Part shown: piece by piece, positions 16,937 through 26,019 of the stretch
How the letters are laid out: each line of letters starts with the position of its first letter
Position numbering within the stretch: position 1 is the stretch's first letter
Virus record (IMG/VR): IMGVR_UViG_3300021256_001754
Coordinates: 128,001-192,000 of that record
Length of the DNA: 64,000 nt
Source of the DNA: a virus
Lineage: Duplodnaviria; Caudoviricetes
Reading direction: 5' to 3' (one strand)
Notes under the pieces: model-generated
Seen by the model: only the letters and a program-made list of their open reading frames with translations
The model's database searches: none
Told to the model about the DNA's origin: nothing
Made by a program: the position numbers and the translations under genes

Positions 16937-19900
16937 TTATACAGAAGTTTCATCGTATGGTATACCCAAGATATCCTTTATACTTCTATCTAATTCAACC
17001 AATAGTTTCTGCATACCACCATATATAAGCGTAGATGTAACCATTCGCTTATCTATAGAAGTAACAGATACAAATGCATCTACTGGTTCTTTAGGTCTAA
17101 AGTCTGTATAAGGTGCTTTCTCTTTAGGGATAATAGCATCTATAACTGCTTTATTGGCTGAAAAGTATACGATTTTATCTCCAACAGCGACAGTATCAAG
17201 AAACTCTATAAAGAATTCAACAAAGAATGCATCTTTTGCTTTCTTAAGTTTACCAGATAATTCCAGTTTATAATCTGCAGGAAGCTCATTAGTTTCTATA
17301 CCATTAGCAACTAATTCTTTCTTAAGATCACTTATAGGTTTCTCATATGCTTTAAATATCTTCTGTACAGAAGGAGACATTTCATCTATATCATTTGTTC
17401 TATATAGTCTTATATCAGCTATTCTACCAGTAGTATTAGCTTTAAGACTTCTACGTCCAAATTCTGATACTTCTTCTGCTGTACTTCCAAGAGCTCTAGC
17501 TAAAGCTGTAGCATCCTCTTCGTCGTGTGGATCAGACCAAATAACCAAAGGATCATTAACTTTAACTTCATCTCCTATCTTCGCAAATTTCATGATATCT
17601 GCGTCTTTAGATATAGTAATATCCATCTTCTTGATAACTCTAGATGCTAATTTCTGTGATAGTGATTCTCCACATATACCAGCATCGTCGTATCCACTAT
17701 CAGAATTCATAATACCTATCTTAGCAAGTTTACCAATATCATAAGTTAGCTTATCAGATTCACCGGCTCCCTGAGAGAATGACTTACTATCATAAGCAAT
17801 AATATCATTCTTCTTAAGTTTATAACCTTCTTTAATAAATTTACTTTTATCCAACTTCAATGGTACATAAAATCCACCATCTGAGTTTTTCTCTACTTTC
17901 TCTTTTAGACTAATATAGTCATGTGTACCATCAGCATATTTAACCAGCACCATCTCGTCAGTTACTTTTTCTACAACTCCATCCTGTTTAGCTTTAAAAG
18001 CAAACTTATCGGAAGTCATATAAGGAACAACCTGATCAAATCCATTAGTAACCAATAATGGGTCTGCATATTCAGTACGCATCATATGCTTAGCAGTCTG
18101 AATATAAGTCATATTAGTTCTGTTTGCATCATCTCTAGTTGTACCAAATGGAGTCATAGCTTCTGTTGCTGATAGAGTTTTAGCTGTATTAAACTGACTT
18201 GTATCACCATTGATGGTTTTGATATAACCTCTTTCACCTTCGATATTCATATCTATAGATGCTATACGGTTTATACCTACATTAGCAGAGAAGTTAGTAG
18301 AAGCACCTAATACATTAAGCATCGAATCGTCATAAAGACGTTTATCCAAACTATAAGATTCACTGTTATTCAAACCAGCTTTACCTTTAAAGGTAATTTC
18401 ATTTGTTGTTTCTATTGCTGATAATGCTGATAGAGTAGAACTATCAGAACTTATATCACTAGATAAAAACTTATCTATTACAGCAGATTGTTTAACAAAG
18501 AATTCCGGATTTGTTTTATGAGCTCTTATCTGATATGCATATATACCATATGCTAATCCAAGAGTTTCATATGCATACGCAGCAATCATTTCTGTTCTTC
18601 TAATACGTCTAGAAGCCATATTAGTATGAGCAACAAATTTATTATCAGACAGCAATACATTGCTGTATAATAAGATATCTATAAAATTTGTCGGTAAATG
18701 ATAATGCTTAAGATTCTCATAAGTAATAGGATCTACAAAACAATCATAGAAGTTATACAAACCATCTGCTTTAATACGTCCACCAAAATTATCCAAGAAT
18801 TCAAGATACATATTTCTACTATCTATTTCTGTTACACTAAATAATTCTGTAGAGCAATCATTAAGTCCGTTAAGAAGAAGATAAGCATCGTAAGAACCAT
18901 CAAATTTCAACCATCCATCTGAGAATCTTATTACTCCTGCATCTTCACCTGGTTCTATTTTAGGTCTACTCTTAGTCTGTTCCAAAGTATAATTTATCTT
19001 TGCACGTTTAAGAGTTTCTGTAAGTCCTACTAATAGACCTGTAATAACAACCATAGGAATCTTAGAACTCATAATAGAGCATCTTGTATAAGCACCACTT
19101 GCAGGGGCTTTTGTTTGTAGTACTAATTCTTTGAAATCAGGAGATTCGTCTGCCAGCATATAGAATAGCTCATAACAGAATGAGACACCATGAGAAAAAC
19201 TAGTAAAATATACTGCCTCATGCTTAAATTTGTTTATAGCATAAGGCACTCCTAAACTATCATCTATCTCTGGATATTCTTCATGAATTGTTTCCTGATT
19301 GAAATATATTTTGTAATTCTTTGTTTCTATGGTATCTATAGCAGATGCCATATCGATATAATCTATAGGCAATTCATACTTATTACAAACACGAGTATTA
19401 TCACCTAATCTTACTTTTATATCTTTACCTTCATATTTTGTAAGAGCTTTAATAAGTCTACCAGCCATAGGATAAGTGCGTCCAGTAGATGTATTGTAAC
19501 GCTCTATCATAATCTTCTGATAATTTGATATACACTGACATGTATCCAGATCAGTTTTCAATATAGGCATATTTAAAAGCTGAGTCTTGATAGATTTATC
19601 ATTTCCTCTTAATAAGAAACGATTATCTTTTGCTCTAGGAATATCAAGTTTAATTGTAAATCTTTGCCCTAAAGCATCTTCACAATGACAAGTATACAAA
19701 TCTAATCTATCTTCTGAAGTTGTATGGTCTGTAATTTCAAGTTCTCTTATACCAATAGGATGAGATACTCTTGTGAAATGATAAAAGCTAGCTACAATAT
19801 CTCTATTGAGATCATAGTTTTTATCAAAATTCATATAAGTAAGATTCTTCCACTCTTCGTTAGGGCTAGATATATTAAGTCTTGTAACCTCAAGAGGTTT

Positions 19901-21763
19901 TTCTTCTTCAGAAGAAGCTAATATATCTCTAACAGAACGACCTTTAACTTCGCTATCCAAGAATATCTTATCAAGCTTATTCATTCTAGCTGCTCTAGCT
20001 GGATCTGTAGACTCGGTACCATCAACTGATAAGTTAGCAAGCATACTTTTGATATCTTCAGTATCGTCCATTCTGTCAAGAGCTTCATCTGTATTATTAG
20101 ATTCTTCAGCTGCATCATCTATAGCTCTAGATATAACCTGCATATCGTGTTCCATATCTCTTTGTTTATCTATATCAGCTTTAAGAGATTTGGTTTCCAT
20201 ATCCTTTTTAGCTTCAATTTCATCTGAAGGCATATTATTTTTGGTTGTAGCAGGTACATTCTTACCAGTAAGATCTACACCTTTAGCCAATTCTATCTTA
20301 TCGATAATATTTGCTCTGATAACTTCTTTTGTTTCTTTCTTATTATCAGAATATTCTATATCAACTTCGTCTATATCAAACTCTTCTCTTGCAAGAGTTT
20401 TTCTTACTAATATAGATAAAGTAATAGCAGCTTTTTTAAGATCTTTAGCCTCAATTTCGTTGAGATTCAATCTGAATAAAATATTACTTCCTAAGAATAG
20501 AATATCACAATCAGAGAATACTGTTTTTACTCTACTATCATTAGTAAGCATTAACTGGTAAAGTATAGATATAGGATTTATAGATTGCTTAAATAACCAC
20601 ATTCTTGTAGAAGAATTATTAGTCCAATCGTTTATAGGAATAACAAGTGTCTTCTTTTTATATCCAGCTGATTTTATTCTTGGATCTTGTATTAATCTGG
20701 TAAGAAAATCTAAGAATAAATTGAATCCTCTCTTGCCTTTCCACATAGTATTCTTAAAGAATATTTCTATATAGTAATGCAAATCAATGAATAGATTCCT
20801 AGAGTTATATTTATCCAATTCTGGATAAGCAAACTTAATCTCTGGTATATCAGCTTTAACAGTTTTAAGCATCTCTAATACCTGAGATCTTTTTCTAAGT
20901 CTTTCGTTATATAATAACTTCTTAAGTTGTACATCGTTTGTACTTTCAAATAATATTACCGTATTACCATCAGTAATATAAGAAGTTTCATCTAGCTCTC
21001 TGATATCAATATTAGCAGATTCTAATGTAGACTCATTGACAATATTTATATCCTGCTTTCCATTATCATAAAACGTATGATAGAAATAAGCATGCTCACC
21101 ATATTCTCTAAGAAGATCTTCTGTTCTTCTTAAATCTTTTCTTACCTGTCCTATAACTGCTTCTGTTATCTCTTTTCTTATAGCAGATACAGATACAGAT
21201 GGATTTACAATTATAGATACACAATTCTCTTCATGCACATCATATTGTATACCAACCTCATCTATATTACAACTTCTATCTGCTACTATATCTATAATAG
21301 GAATATCATCTGTTTTATTTACATATACACCTTTCATTTCTGATAATATATCTAAATATACGAGATGATTGAAAGCTTCATATATTTTAGTAATATCGGT
21401 ATTATAACCGTTAAATTGAATAAAGTCCTCTAACAATACAGAATTAGGATAATTTTTGCTTTCTGTAACCAAGCCTGCTGTAACTATATCAGATTCGGTA
21501 GCGTTAGCGATATAATTTTCGTCTTGAACTTGATTTGTAGCAATTTTACCTGACATATAAAAAGAGACATCTCTTTCAAAATAATAAGACTGATATCTGA
21601 GTCTATTTACAAGCATATGATGCTTTATTATACTTTTTGAAGATGCGTAATTAGGAGTGAGAAGTAGTATTGCAGAATGCTTCTTCTTATCATTTTCCAA
21701 AGTAGGCATCAGCATAGGTACTTTGTAGACTTTCAGATTTTTCATCTGGTCTAATAAAATCAT
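16937..21763 (-). CDS. Phage multisubunit RNA polymerase beta-like subunit (probably virion RNAP) with a long N-terminal extension
   Basis: TPFGTTRDDANRTNM, GDKIVYFSANKAVI and SIDKRM correspond to RpoB motifs; start MILLDQ at 21763 with AAAGGAGG RBS. Confidence 0.85.
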   Translation of the reverse strand: MILLDQMKNLKVYKVPMLMPTLENDKKKHSAILLLTPNYASSKSIIKHHMLVNRLRYQSYYFERDVSFYMSGKIATNQVQDENYIANATESDIVTAGLVTESKNYPNSVLLEDFIQFNGYNTDITKIYEAFNHLVYLDILSEMKGVYVNKTDDIPIIDIVADRSCNIDEVGIQYDVHEENCVSIIVNPSVSVSAIRKEITEAVIGQVRKDLRRTEDLLREYGEHAYFYHTFYDNGKQDINIVNESTLESANIDIRELDETSYITDGNTVILFESTNDVQLKKLLYNERLRKRSQVLEMLKTVKADIPEIKFAYPELDKYNSRNLFIDLHYYIEIFFKNTMWKGKRGFNLFLDFLTRLIQDPRIKSAGYKKKTLVIPINDWTNNSSTRMWLFKQSINPISILYQLMLTNDSRVKTVFSDCDILFLGSNILFRLNLNEIEAKDLKKAAITLSILVRKTLAREEFDIDEVDIEYSDNKKETKEVIRANIIDKIELAKGVDLTGKNVPATTKNNMPSDEIEAKKDMETKSLKADIDKQRDMEHDMQVISRAIDDAAEESNNTDEALDRMDDTEDIKSMLANLSVDGTESTDPARAARMNKLDKIFLDSEVKGRSVRDILASSEEEKPLEVTRLNISSPNEEWKNLTYMNFDKNYDLNRDIVASFYHFTRVSHPIGIRELEITDHTTSEDRLDLYTCHCEDALGQRFTIKLDIPRAKDNRFLLRGNDKSIKTQLLNMPILKTDLDTCQCISNYQKIMIERYNTSTGRTYPMAGRLIKALTKYEGKDIKVRLGDNTRVCNKYELPIDYIDMASAIDTIETKNYKIYFNQETIHEEYPEIDDSLGVPYAINKFKHEAVYFTSFSHGVSFCYELFYMLADESPDFKELVLQTKAPASGAYTRCSIMSSKIPMVVITGLLVGLTETLKRAKINYTLEQTKSRPKIEPGEDAGVIRFSDGWLKFDGSYDAYLLLNGLNDCSTELFSVTEIDSRNMYLEFLDNFGGRIKADGLYNFYDCFVDPITYENLKHYHLPTNFIDILLYSNVLLSDNKFVAHTNMASRRIRRTEMIAAYAYETLGLAYGIYAYQIRAHKTNPEFFVKQSAVIDKFLSSDISSDSSTLSALSAIETTNEITFKGKAGLNNSESYSLDKRLYDDSMLNVLGASTNFSANVGINRIASIDMNIEGERGYIKTINGDTSQFNTAKTLSATEAMTPFGTTRDDANRTNMTYIQTAKHMMRTEYADPLLVTNGFDQVVPYMTSDKFAFKAKQDGVVEKVTDEMVLVKYADGTHDYISLKEKVEKNSDGGFYVPLKLDKSKFIKEGYKLKKNDIIAYDSKSFSQGAGESDKLTYDIGKLAKIGIMNSDSGYDDAGICGESLSQKLASRVIKKMDITISKDADIMKFAKIGDEVKVNDPLVIWSDPHDEEDATALARALGSTAEEVSEFGRRSLKANTTGRIADIRLYRTNDIDEMSPSVQKIFKAYEKPISDLKKELVANGIETNELPADYKLELSGKLKKAKDAFFVEFFIEFLDTVAVGDKIVYFSANKAVIDAIIPKEKAPYTDFRPKEPVDAFVSVTSIDKRMVTSTLIYGGMQKLLVELDRSIKDILGIPYDETSV

Positions 21764-21805
21764 AACAAAACCTCCTTTTGTAATTATAAAGATGTAAAAC
21801 CACGA

Positions 21806-21920
21806 TAAAAATACCATGAGGGCGATGCATCCCTCATGGTACCAAAACGAGAAGATCGGTAAATGAAAAGAAACCATATATAGCATAAGTTTTATAGGAG
21901 GACCTCACACTATATAATTT
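21806..21920 (-). ncRNA. Candidate sRNA with an anti-SD (CCUCCU) hairpin loop
   Basis: AACA-N6-TA at 21920-21931; 13-bp stem 21877-21916 with three G-U pairs only on the minus strand; terminator hairpin 21812-21841. Confidence 0.55.
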
Positions 21921-21949
21921 ATCTTATTGTTCTAATTATAAAACAAACA

Positions 21950-22172
21950 AAATCCCCGGTGGGGTGGGACCACCGGGGAGTAGAAGCAATAAACTTCTTT
22001 TATTTTGGATTTTTATACGATATACCTCTCTATTTTTTAATCATTGTACCCGCTGTCGTCTAGATAAAATCTAGTCGATTAATCCGGCTCTTTAAGAATT
22101 CTGAGTAATCGCATAAAATAATCGATCCGGAACAAACTATTCCTAATTTTCAGTTGAATCGATATAACCATT
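21950..22172 (-). ncRNA. Candidate ~220-nt structured RNA
   Basis: TACA-N6-TA at 22172-22183, internal complementary blocks, GC-rich terminator CCCCGGTGG/CCACCGGGG; no RBS-led ORF. Confidence 0.35.
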
Positions 22173-22212
22173 ATCTTAATGTAAATAGAATTTCTCTTTG
22201 TAAATTTTTACA

Positions 22213-24003
22213 TTAAAATTGTGGTTCTGTAATCATATCCTTATCGTTGTTTAATACCTTTGTGATTACGTATAGAGACTGAATACAGTCATTCTCTGAT
22301 TGTTTGATATTTATACCATCAAGATTCAAGCAGTAACTCTTACTCTTTCTATGGTTAGATAACTCTTGGTTGGATTCTATTGTATATGGAATCTTTAAAG
22401 AAATTGTATCACCATCGTAGTCTCCCATCATACCAGGCATAAATACATTAGACATCTTACATACATCTACAAATTTTGTATCTGTATCTGTATCGATTTC
22501 TTTCTCTGTAATCTTAGGATAATACTTATAGTATTGATGGTTTACAGTTGCTTCTATAGTTTCTGTAGTAGAAGATACTCTAATACCGGTGGTTACAATA
22601 TTAGAACGCTTATCTATAGGATATCTTGTAATCATGGCATTCTTATCTTTAGATTGATCTACAGCAGCCATGAATAATAAATCACACCAAGTAAGCCTTC
22701 TAGAATAAGGATCTGTTGAATTTAGTGATATAGGTTTAATACCATTTGTATCAGTTCTATCACCTTTAAATCTCATAAAATATTTCTTACCGGTTTCAGA
22801 ATCTGTAATTGTAATAGGGATAAATCTATCGTTATATGCATGGATAAATTTCTCTATCTCATTTACAAATCTTTCATCTGAGAATTCTATAAGTGGATCT
22901 TTTGGTTTTATATATTTAATCTCTCCTGTAGAATCTACAACAGGATATAATTCTGTACCTACAAATTCATTTTCAAAGAAACGTCTTAACCAGAATATTA
23001 TAAATGGTCTTAAACAAGCTATACATGCATACAGAGGAACAGCAGCATGATCCATATCAGCCATTAAATCTTCTGGTCTAAATACTTTAACTTCTGGTGC
23101 AGAGATAACAAGTCTAGCAGAATAGTTAGAAGTTTTATTCATAGCAGCTCTTCTAAGAATACCAAACTTCTGTCCTAGCCCAATACCTTTTTCTACTTGT
23201 ACTGTATTATTACTATTACCACAAGCCCAATCATATATAGCAAGAATTATCTCCTGAACTTTTAATTCCATAGCACCACTCATATCGAATCCATATTCCT
23301 GAGTGGCTTTTAATGACTGTACTGCTAATAGTAGTCTCTGATATAGTTTATTGATTCCATCTATACCAACAGTGCCACCTCTACCAGTATTTACGTCTCT
23401 ATAGTATGGTGGAATTACAATATACTTGTTGATAAACATAGACTTTCTATTATACTCTAGATAGTCCACTCTCATATCTCTTTTATGAGAATCTGTACGT
23501 TTAAACTTTATCTTATCGATATTATCTTTGATAAACTTAATACCATTCTTTCCATTTGGATCTGGAGTTAGATAACCTTTATCGTCTATAGAGAAATATT
23601 CTGTTTTAGCAATACACGCTTTTATATTCTTATCTATTCTTGTCCAGTTTTTATAACAAGAAGGATCAAGATAATATTGTCTTAAATCTATATAAGCATA
23701 TATACCAGCACGTTCTTCTCTAGTAATACCAAATATCTTATTGGATAAAAATCCATCATCTGTAGGAGTTCCGTTCTTTTCAAAGAATACAGGATTTGTT
23801 ATCTCTTTACAATCATTTACCTTTACAAACTTATCTACTGGCATTACTTCTAGACGTAAATGCTGAATCTTTTTATTGTATTCTGATTCTGTAAATAAGT
23901 TATGATTGTTATCTATAGCGGTATTAAAATTCTCTATAGCAATTTCAGGATTTATACTAAATTGCTCTTGAAATTCTTGTATAACGGAGTCTAAAAAATT
24001 CAT
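22213..24003 (-). CDS. Phage RNA polymerase beta'-like subunit, N-terminal half with the catalytic loop
   Basis: DGFLSNKIFG, IPPYYR, NYSARLVI, ITRYP and MMGDYDGD (equivalent to NADFDGD). Confidence 0.9.
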   Translation of the reverse strand: MNFLDSVIQEFQEQFSINPEIAIENFNTAIDNNHNLFTESEYNKKIQHLRLEVMPVDKFVKVNDCKEITNPVFFEKNGTPTDDGFLSNKIFGITREERAGIYAYIDLRQYYLDPSCYKNWTRIDKNIKACIAKTEYFSIDDKGYLTPDPNGKNGIKFIKDNIDKIKFKRTDSHKRDMRVDYLEYNRKSMFINKYIVIPPYYRDVNTGRGGTVGIDGINKLYQRLLLAVQSLKATQEYGFDMSGAMELKVQEIILAIYDWACGNSNNTVQVEKGIGLGQKFGILRRAAMNKTSNYSARLVISAPEVKVFRPEDLMADMDHAAVPLYACIACLRPFIIFWLRRFFENEFVGTELYPVVDSTGEIKYIKPKDPLIEFSDERFVNEIEKFIHAYNDRFIPITITDSETGKKYFMRFKGDRTDTNGIKPISLNSTDPYSRRLTWCDLLFMAAVDQSKDKNAMITRYPIDKRSNIVTTGIRVSSTTETIEATVNHQYYKYYPKITEKEIDTDTDTKFVDVCKMSNVFMPGMMGDYDGDTISLKIPYTIESNQELSNHRKSKSYCLNLDGINIKQSENDCIQSLYVITKVLNNDKDMITEPQF

Positions 24004-24088
24004 AGTGATGGTCTCCTTTCAATTTATTAAAATGTACCTCCAAGAAACGTTTAATTATTTATCAACATGCATACTTTATATTAATATA

Positions 24089-24171
24089 GAATCAGCAAGC
24101 TATTGTGGGCCCTCCTTCACCTTTTCCACAATATCCATATCAGATGTTCACCCCCTGATGCTTACTGGTTC
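24089..24171 (+). ncRNA. Three-stem structured RNA or leader with C-rich anti-SD loops
   Basis: Closing stem GAATCAGCAAGC/GCTTACTGGTTC; hairpin TATTGTGG-(GCCCTCCTTCACCTTTT)-CCACAATA; hairpin ATCAG-...CCCC-CTGAT. Confidence 0.55.
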
Positions 24172-24215
24172 TTTATTATGGTTTGTGAAATTTTATAAAA
24201 GGAGAGATTTAATTT

Positions 24216-24548
24216 ATGACGTATGAAGATATCAATAAAATTATAGATAATATTGCACAGAAGCTAGGGATAACTTCTGAATATCTTATCACAGAATATG
24301 GTAAATATCAAGTTAGTTGTGGTGCTACAAGATTAATTGTAGGAATTATATTTATAATAATAACTTGTATTGCCATAATAGTAACTAAAAAATCTGACGA
24401 TGAAGATTTAGGTACGTTTGCTTTTATTATTGGTTTTATCGCTGCTATTATAGGCATTATTTTTATCATAAGTGGATTTACGCTTATTCCTTGGATAATT
24501 TCTCCTACAGGTGCTATTGTACATGAAATTTTATCGAAAATAAGATAA
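24216..24548 (+). CDS. Membrane protein
   Basis: Two long hydrophobic segments; AAGGAG RBS. Confidence 0.75.
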   Translation: MTYEDINKIIDNIAQKLGITSEYLITEYGKYQVSCGATRLIVGIIFIIITCIAIIVTKKSDDEDLGTFAFIIGFIAAIIGIIFIISGFTLIPWIISPTGAIVHEILSKIR

Positions 24549-24577
24549 AAAACCAGGTAGGGTAATTCCTACCTGGT

Positions 24578-25390
24578 TTATTTATATCCAAATTTCTTTC
24601 TATATTCAGCAAATGTAATTTCCATAATAGAATCAGTTACAGTAAAACATTCTTCTACTAATGGGTATTCTTCTGGTAACCAGAAATATCCACCATCTCC
24701 ATAAGAATGTCCCCAGCTATTTAAACATCTCCACCAAAGTTTTCCATTACTATCGGTTCTCCATCCTGTAACTAATATACAATGTCCACCAAAATTGACT
24801 ACATCTTTATCTGGATTATAATTTACAACTCCATCTGATTTTACATTATAAGCAGATTCATATATAGGAATTCCGGTCATAAATCCCATACAAGTTATTA
24901 TAGCTGTCTGCATAGCTTCTCTACTACGACATGCATAGAATCCACTTATTCTATAAGGATTTCCTTTAGCTAGATATTCAGCTTGTTTCTGTTTTACTTT
25001 ATTCATAGCTTCTCTTGTACTACAAAATCCAGGTAAATCAGAATATAATATACTTCCAGCTGTTCTAGCTTTCTTTAAACAGTTTCTCAAATACATTCCT
25101 TCATAAGTCTCAATCGGATCTCTTGTACCATAAGTATATATAGGAGAGAAAGGTTTTGTTAATCCAGACTGTTTAGATTCTTGTAGATATCTAAGACTAC
25201 TAAAAGCACAAGCACAGCATTGATTACTATCTCCTTGATCAAATACATAATTAACTTGTTCTGATTCATAATTAGCAGGTATATCTACAGCTTCTAAAGG
25301 TACATATTCTTTAAAATTCCAATCTCTTCTATCATAAGGTGATTTTAGCCAGCCACTAAAAAATACATTTTGTTGCTGCATATTTATCAT
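24578..25390 (-). CDS. Papain-like C1 cysteine peptidase
   Basis: DQGDSNQCCACAF, GGHCILVTGW and LNSWG catalytic motifs. Confidence 0.88.
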   Translation of the reverse strand: MINMQQQNVFFSGWLKSPYDRRDWNFKEYVPLEAVDIPANYESEQVNYVFDQGDSNQCCACAFSSLRYLQESKQSGLTKPFSPIYTYGTRDPIETYEGMYLRNCLKKARTAGSILYSDLPGFCSTREAMNKVKQKQAEYLAKGNPYRISGFYACRSREAMQTAIITCMGFMTGIPIYESAYNVKSDGVVNYNPDKDVVNFGGHCILVTGWRTDSNGKLWWRCLNSWGHSYGDGGYFWLPEEYPLVEECFTVTDSIMEITFAEYRKKFGYK

Positions 25391-25478
25391 ATTATTTCTC
25401 TCCTCTCTAAATATTAATTTGATGTGATGGAATTCTATCACATTCTTATAACAATTTATTTTATATAAGGAGGAAAGT

Positions 25479-25979
25479 ATGAAAGAGAAAAAACCTTCAA
25501 TATTTGGTGCTGTATTTAGATTTCTTGGTCAAGATACAACTAAGACAAGACAGATAACTATGGACGATAGAATGAATAGAACCGCAGAAAAATCTATTGA
25601 GTTTATAGATTGGGTTCAGTCATTCACAAAAAGAATTATTGTTGTAGTATTTGCTATATTTATCATTATCGATCTGGTAACTCTTGCTGTAGCAGTTGTT
25701 GCTTGTTTTAGAAATGCAGATAGCAATGCTATAACTATTCTTATTACTGAAACTAACTCTACATTTAGAGATATAGTTGGTGGTTATCTTATAAAAGCAG
25801 CATTCGAAAATGTATCTATGGGTATAGAGAAGATTGTTGCTTATGTAGTGGATAAAAAGGTGGAGTCTAATAGACCAGTAAACGATTTAGATGGTGGTGT
25901 GGAAGATCGTGATATACCTTATAATCCAGAGGTTATGAAAACTTCAGAAGATATGTCTATACATGATATAGTAAAATAA
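25479..25979 (+). CDS. Membrane protein (possibly holin-like)
   Basis: Hydrophobic helix with charged termini; AAGGAGG RBS; function not established. Confidence 0.6.
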   Translation: MKEKKPSIFGAVFRFLGQDTTKTRQITMDDRMNRTAEKSIEFIDWVQSFTKRIIVVVFAIFIIIDLVTLAVAVVACFRNADSNAITILITETNSTFRDIVGGYLIKAAFENVSMGIEKIVAYVVDKKVESNRPVNDLDGGVEDRDIPYNPEVMKTSEDMSIHDIVK

Positions 25980-26019
25980 ACATAATACCCAGCAGGATAT
26001 TATCCTGCTGGGTTTGTTG

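Noticed and set aside
21764-21886. N-terminal extension of the 1649-aa RNAP ORF in the ORF track
   Set aside because: It crosses a terminator hairpin and a promoter; the strong RBS supports a start at 21763.
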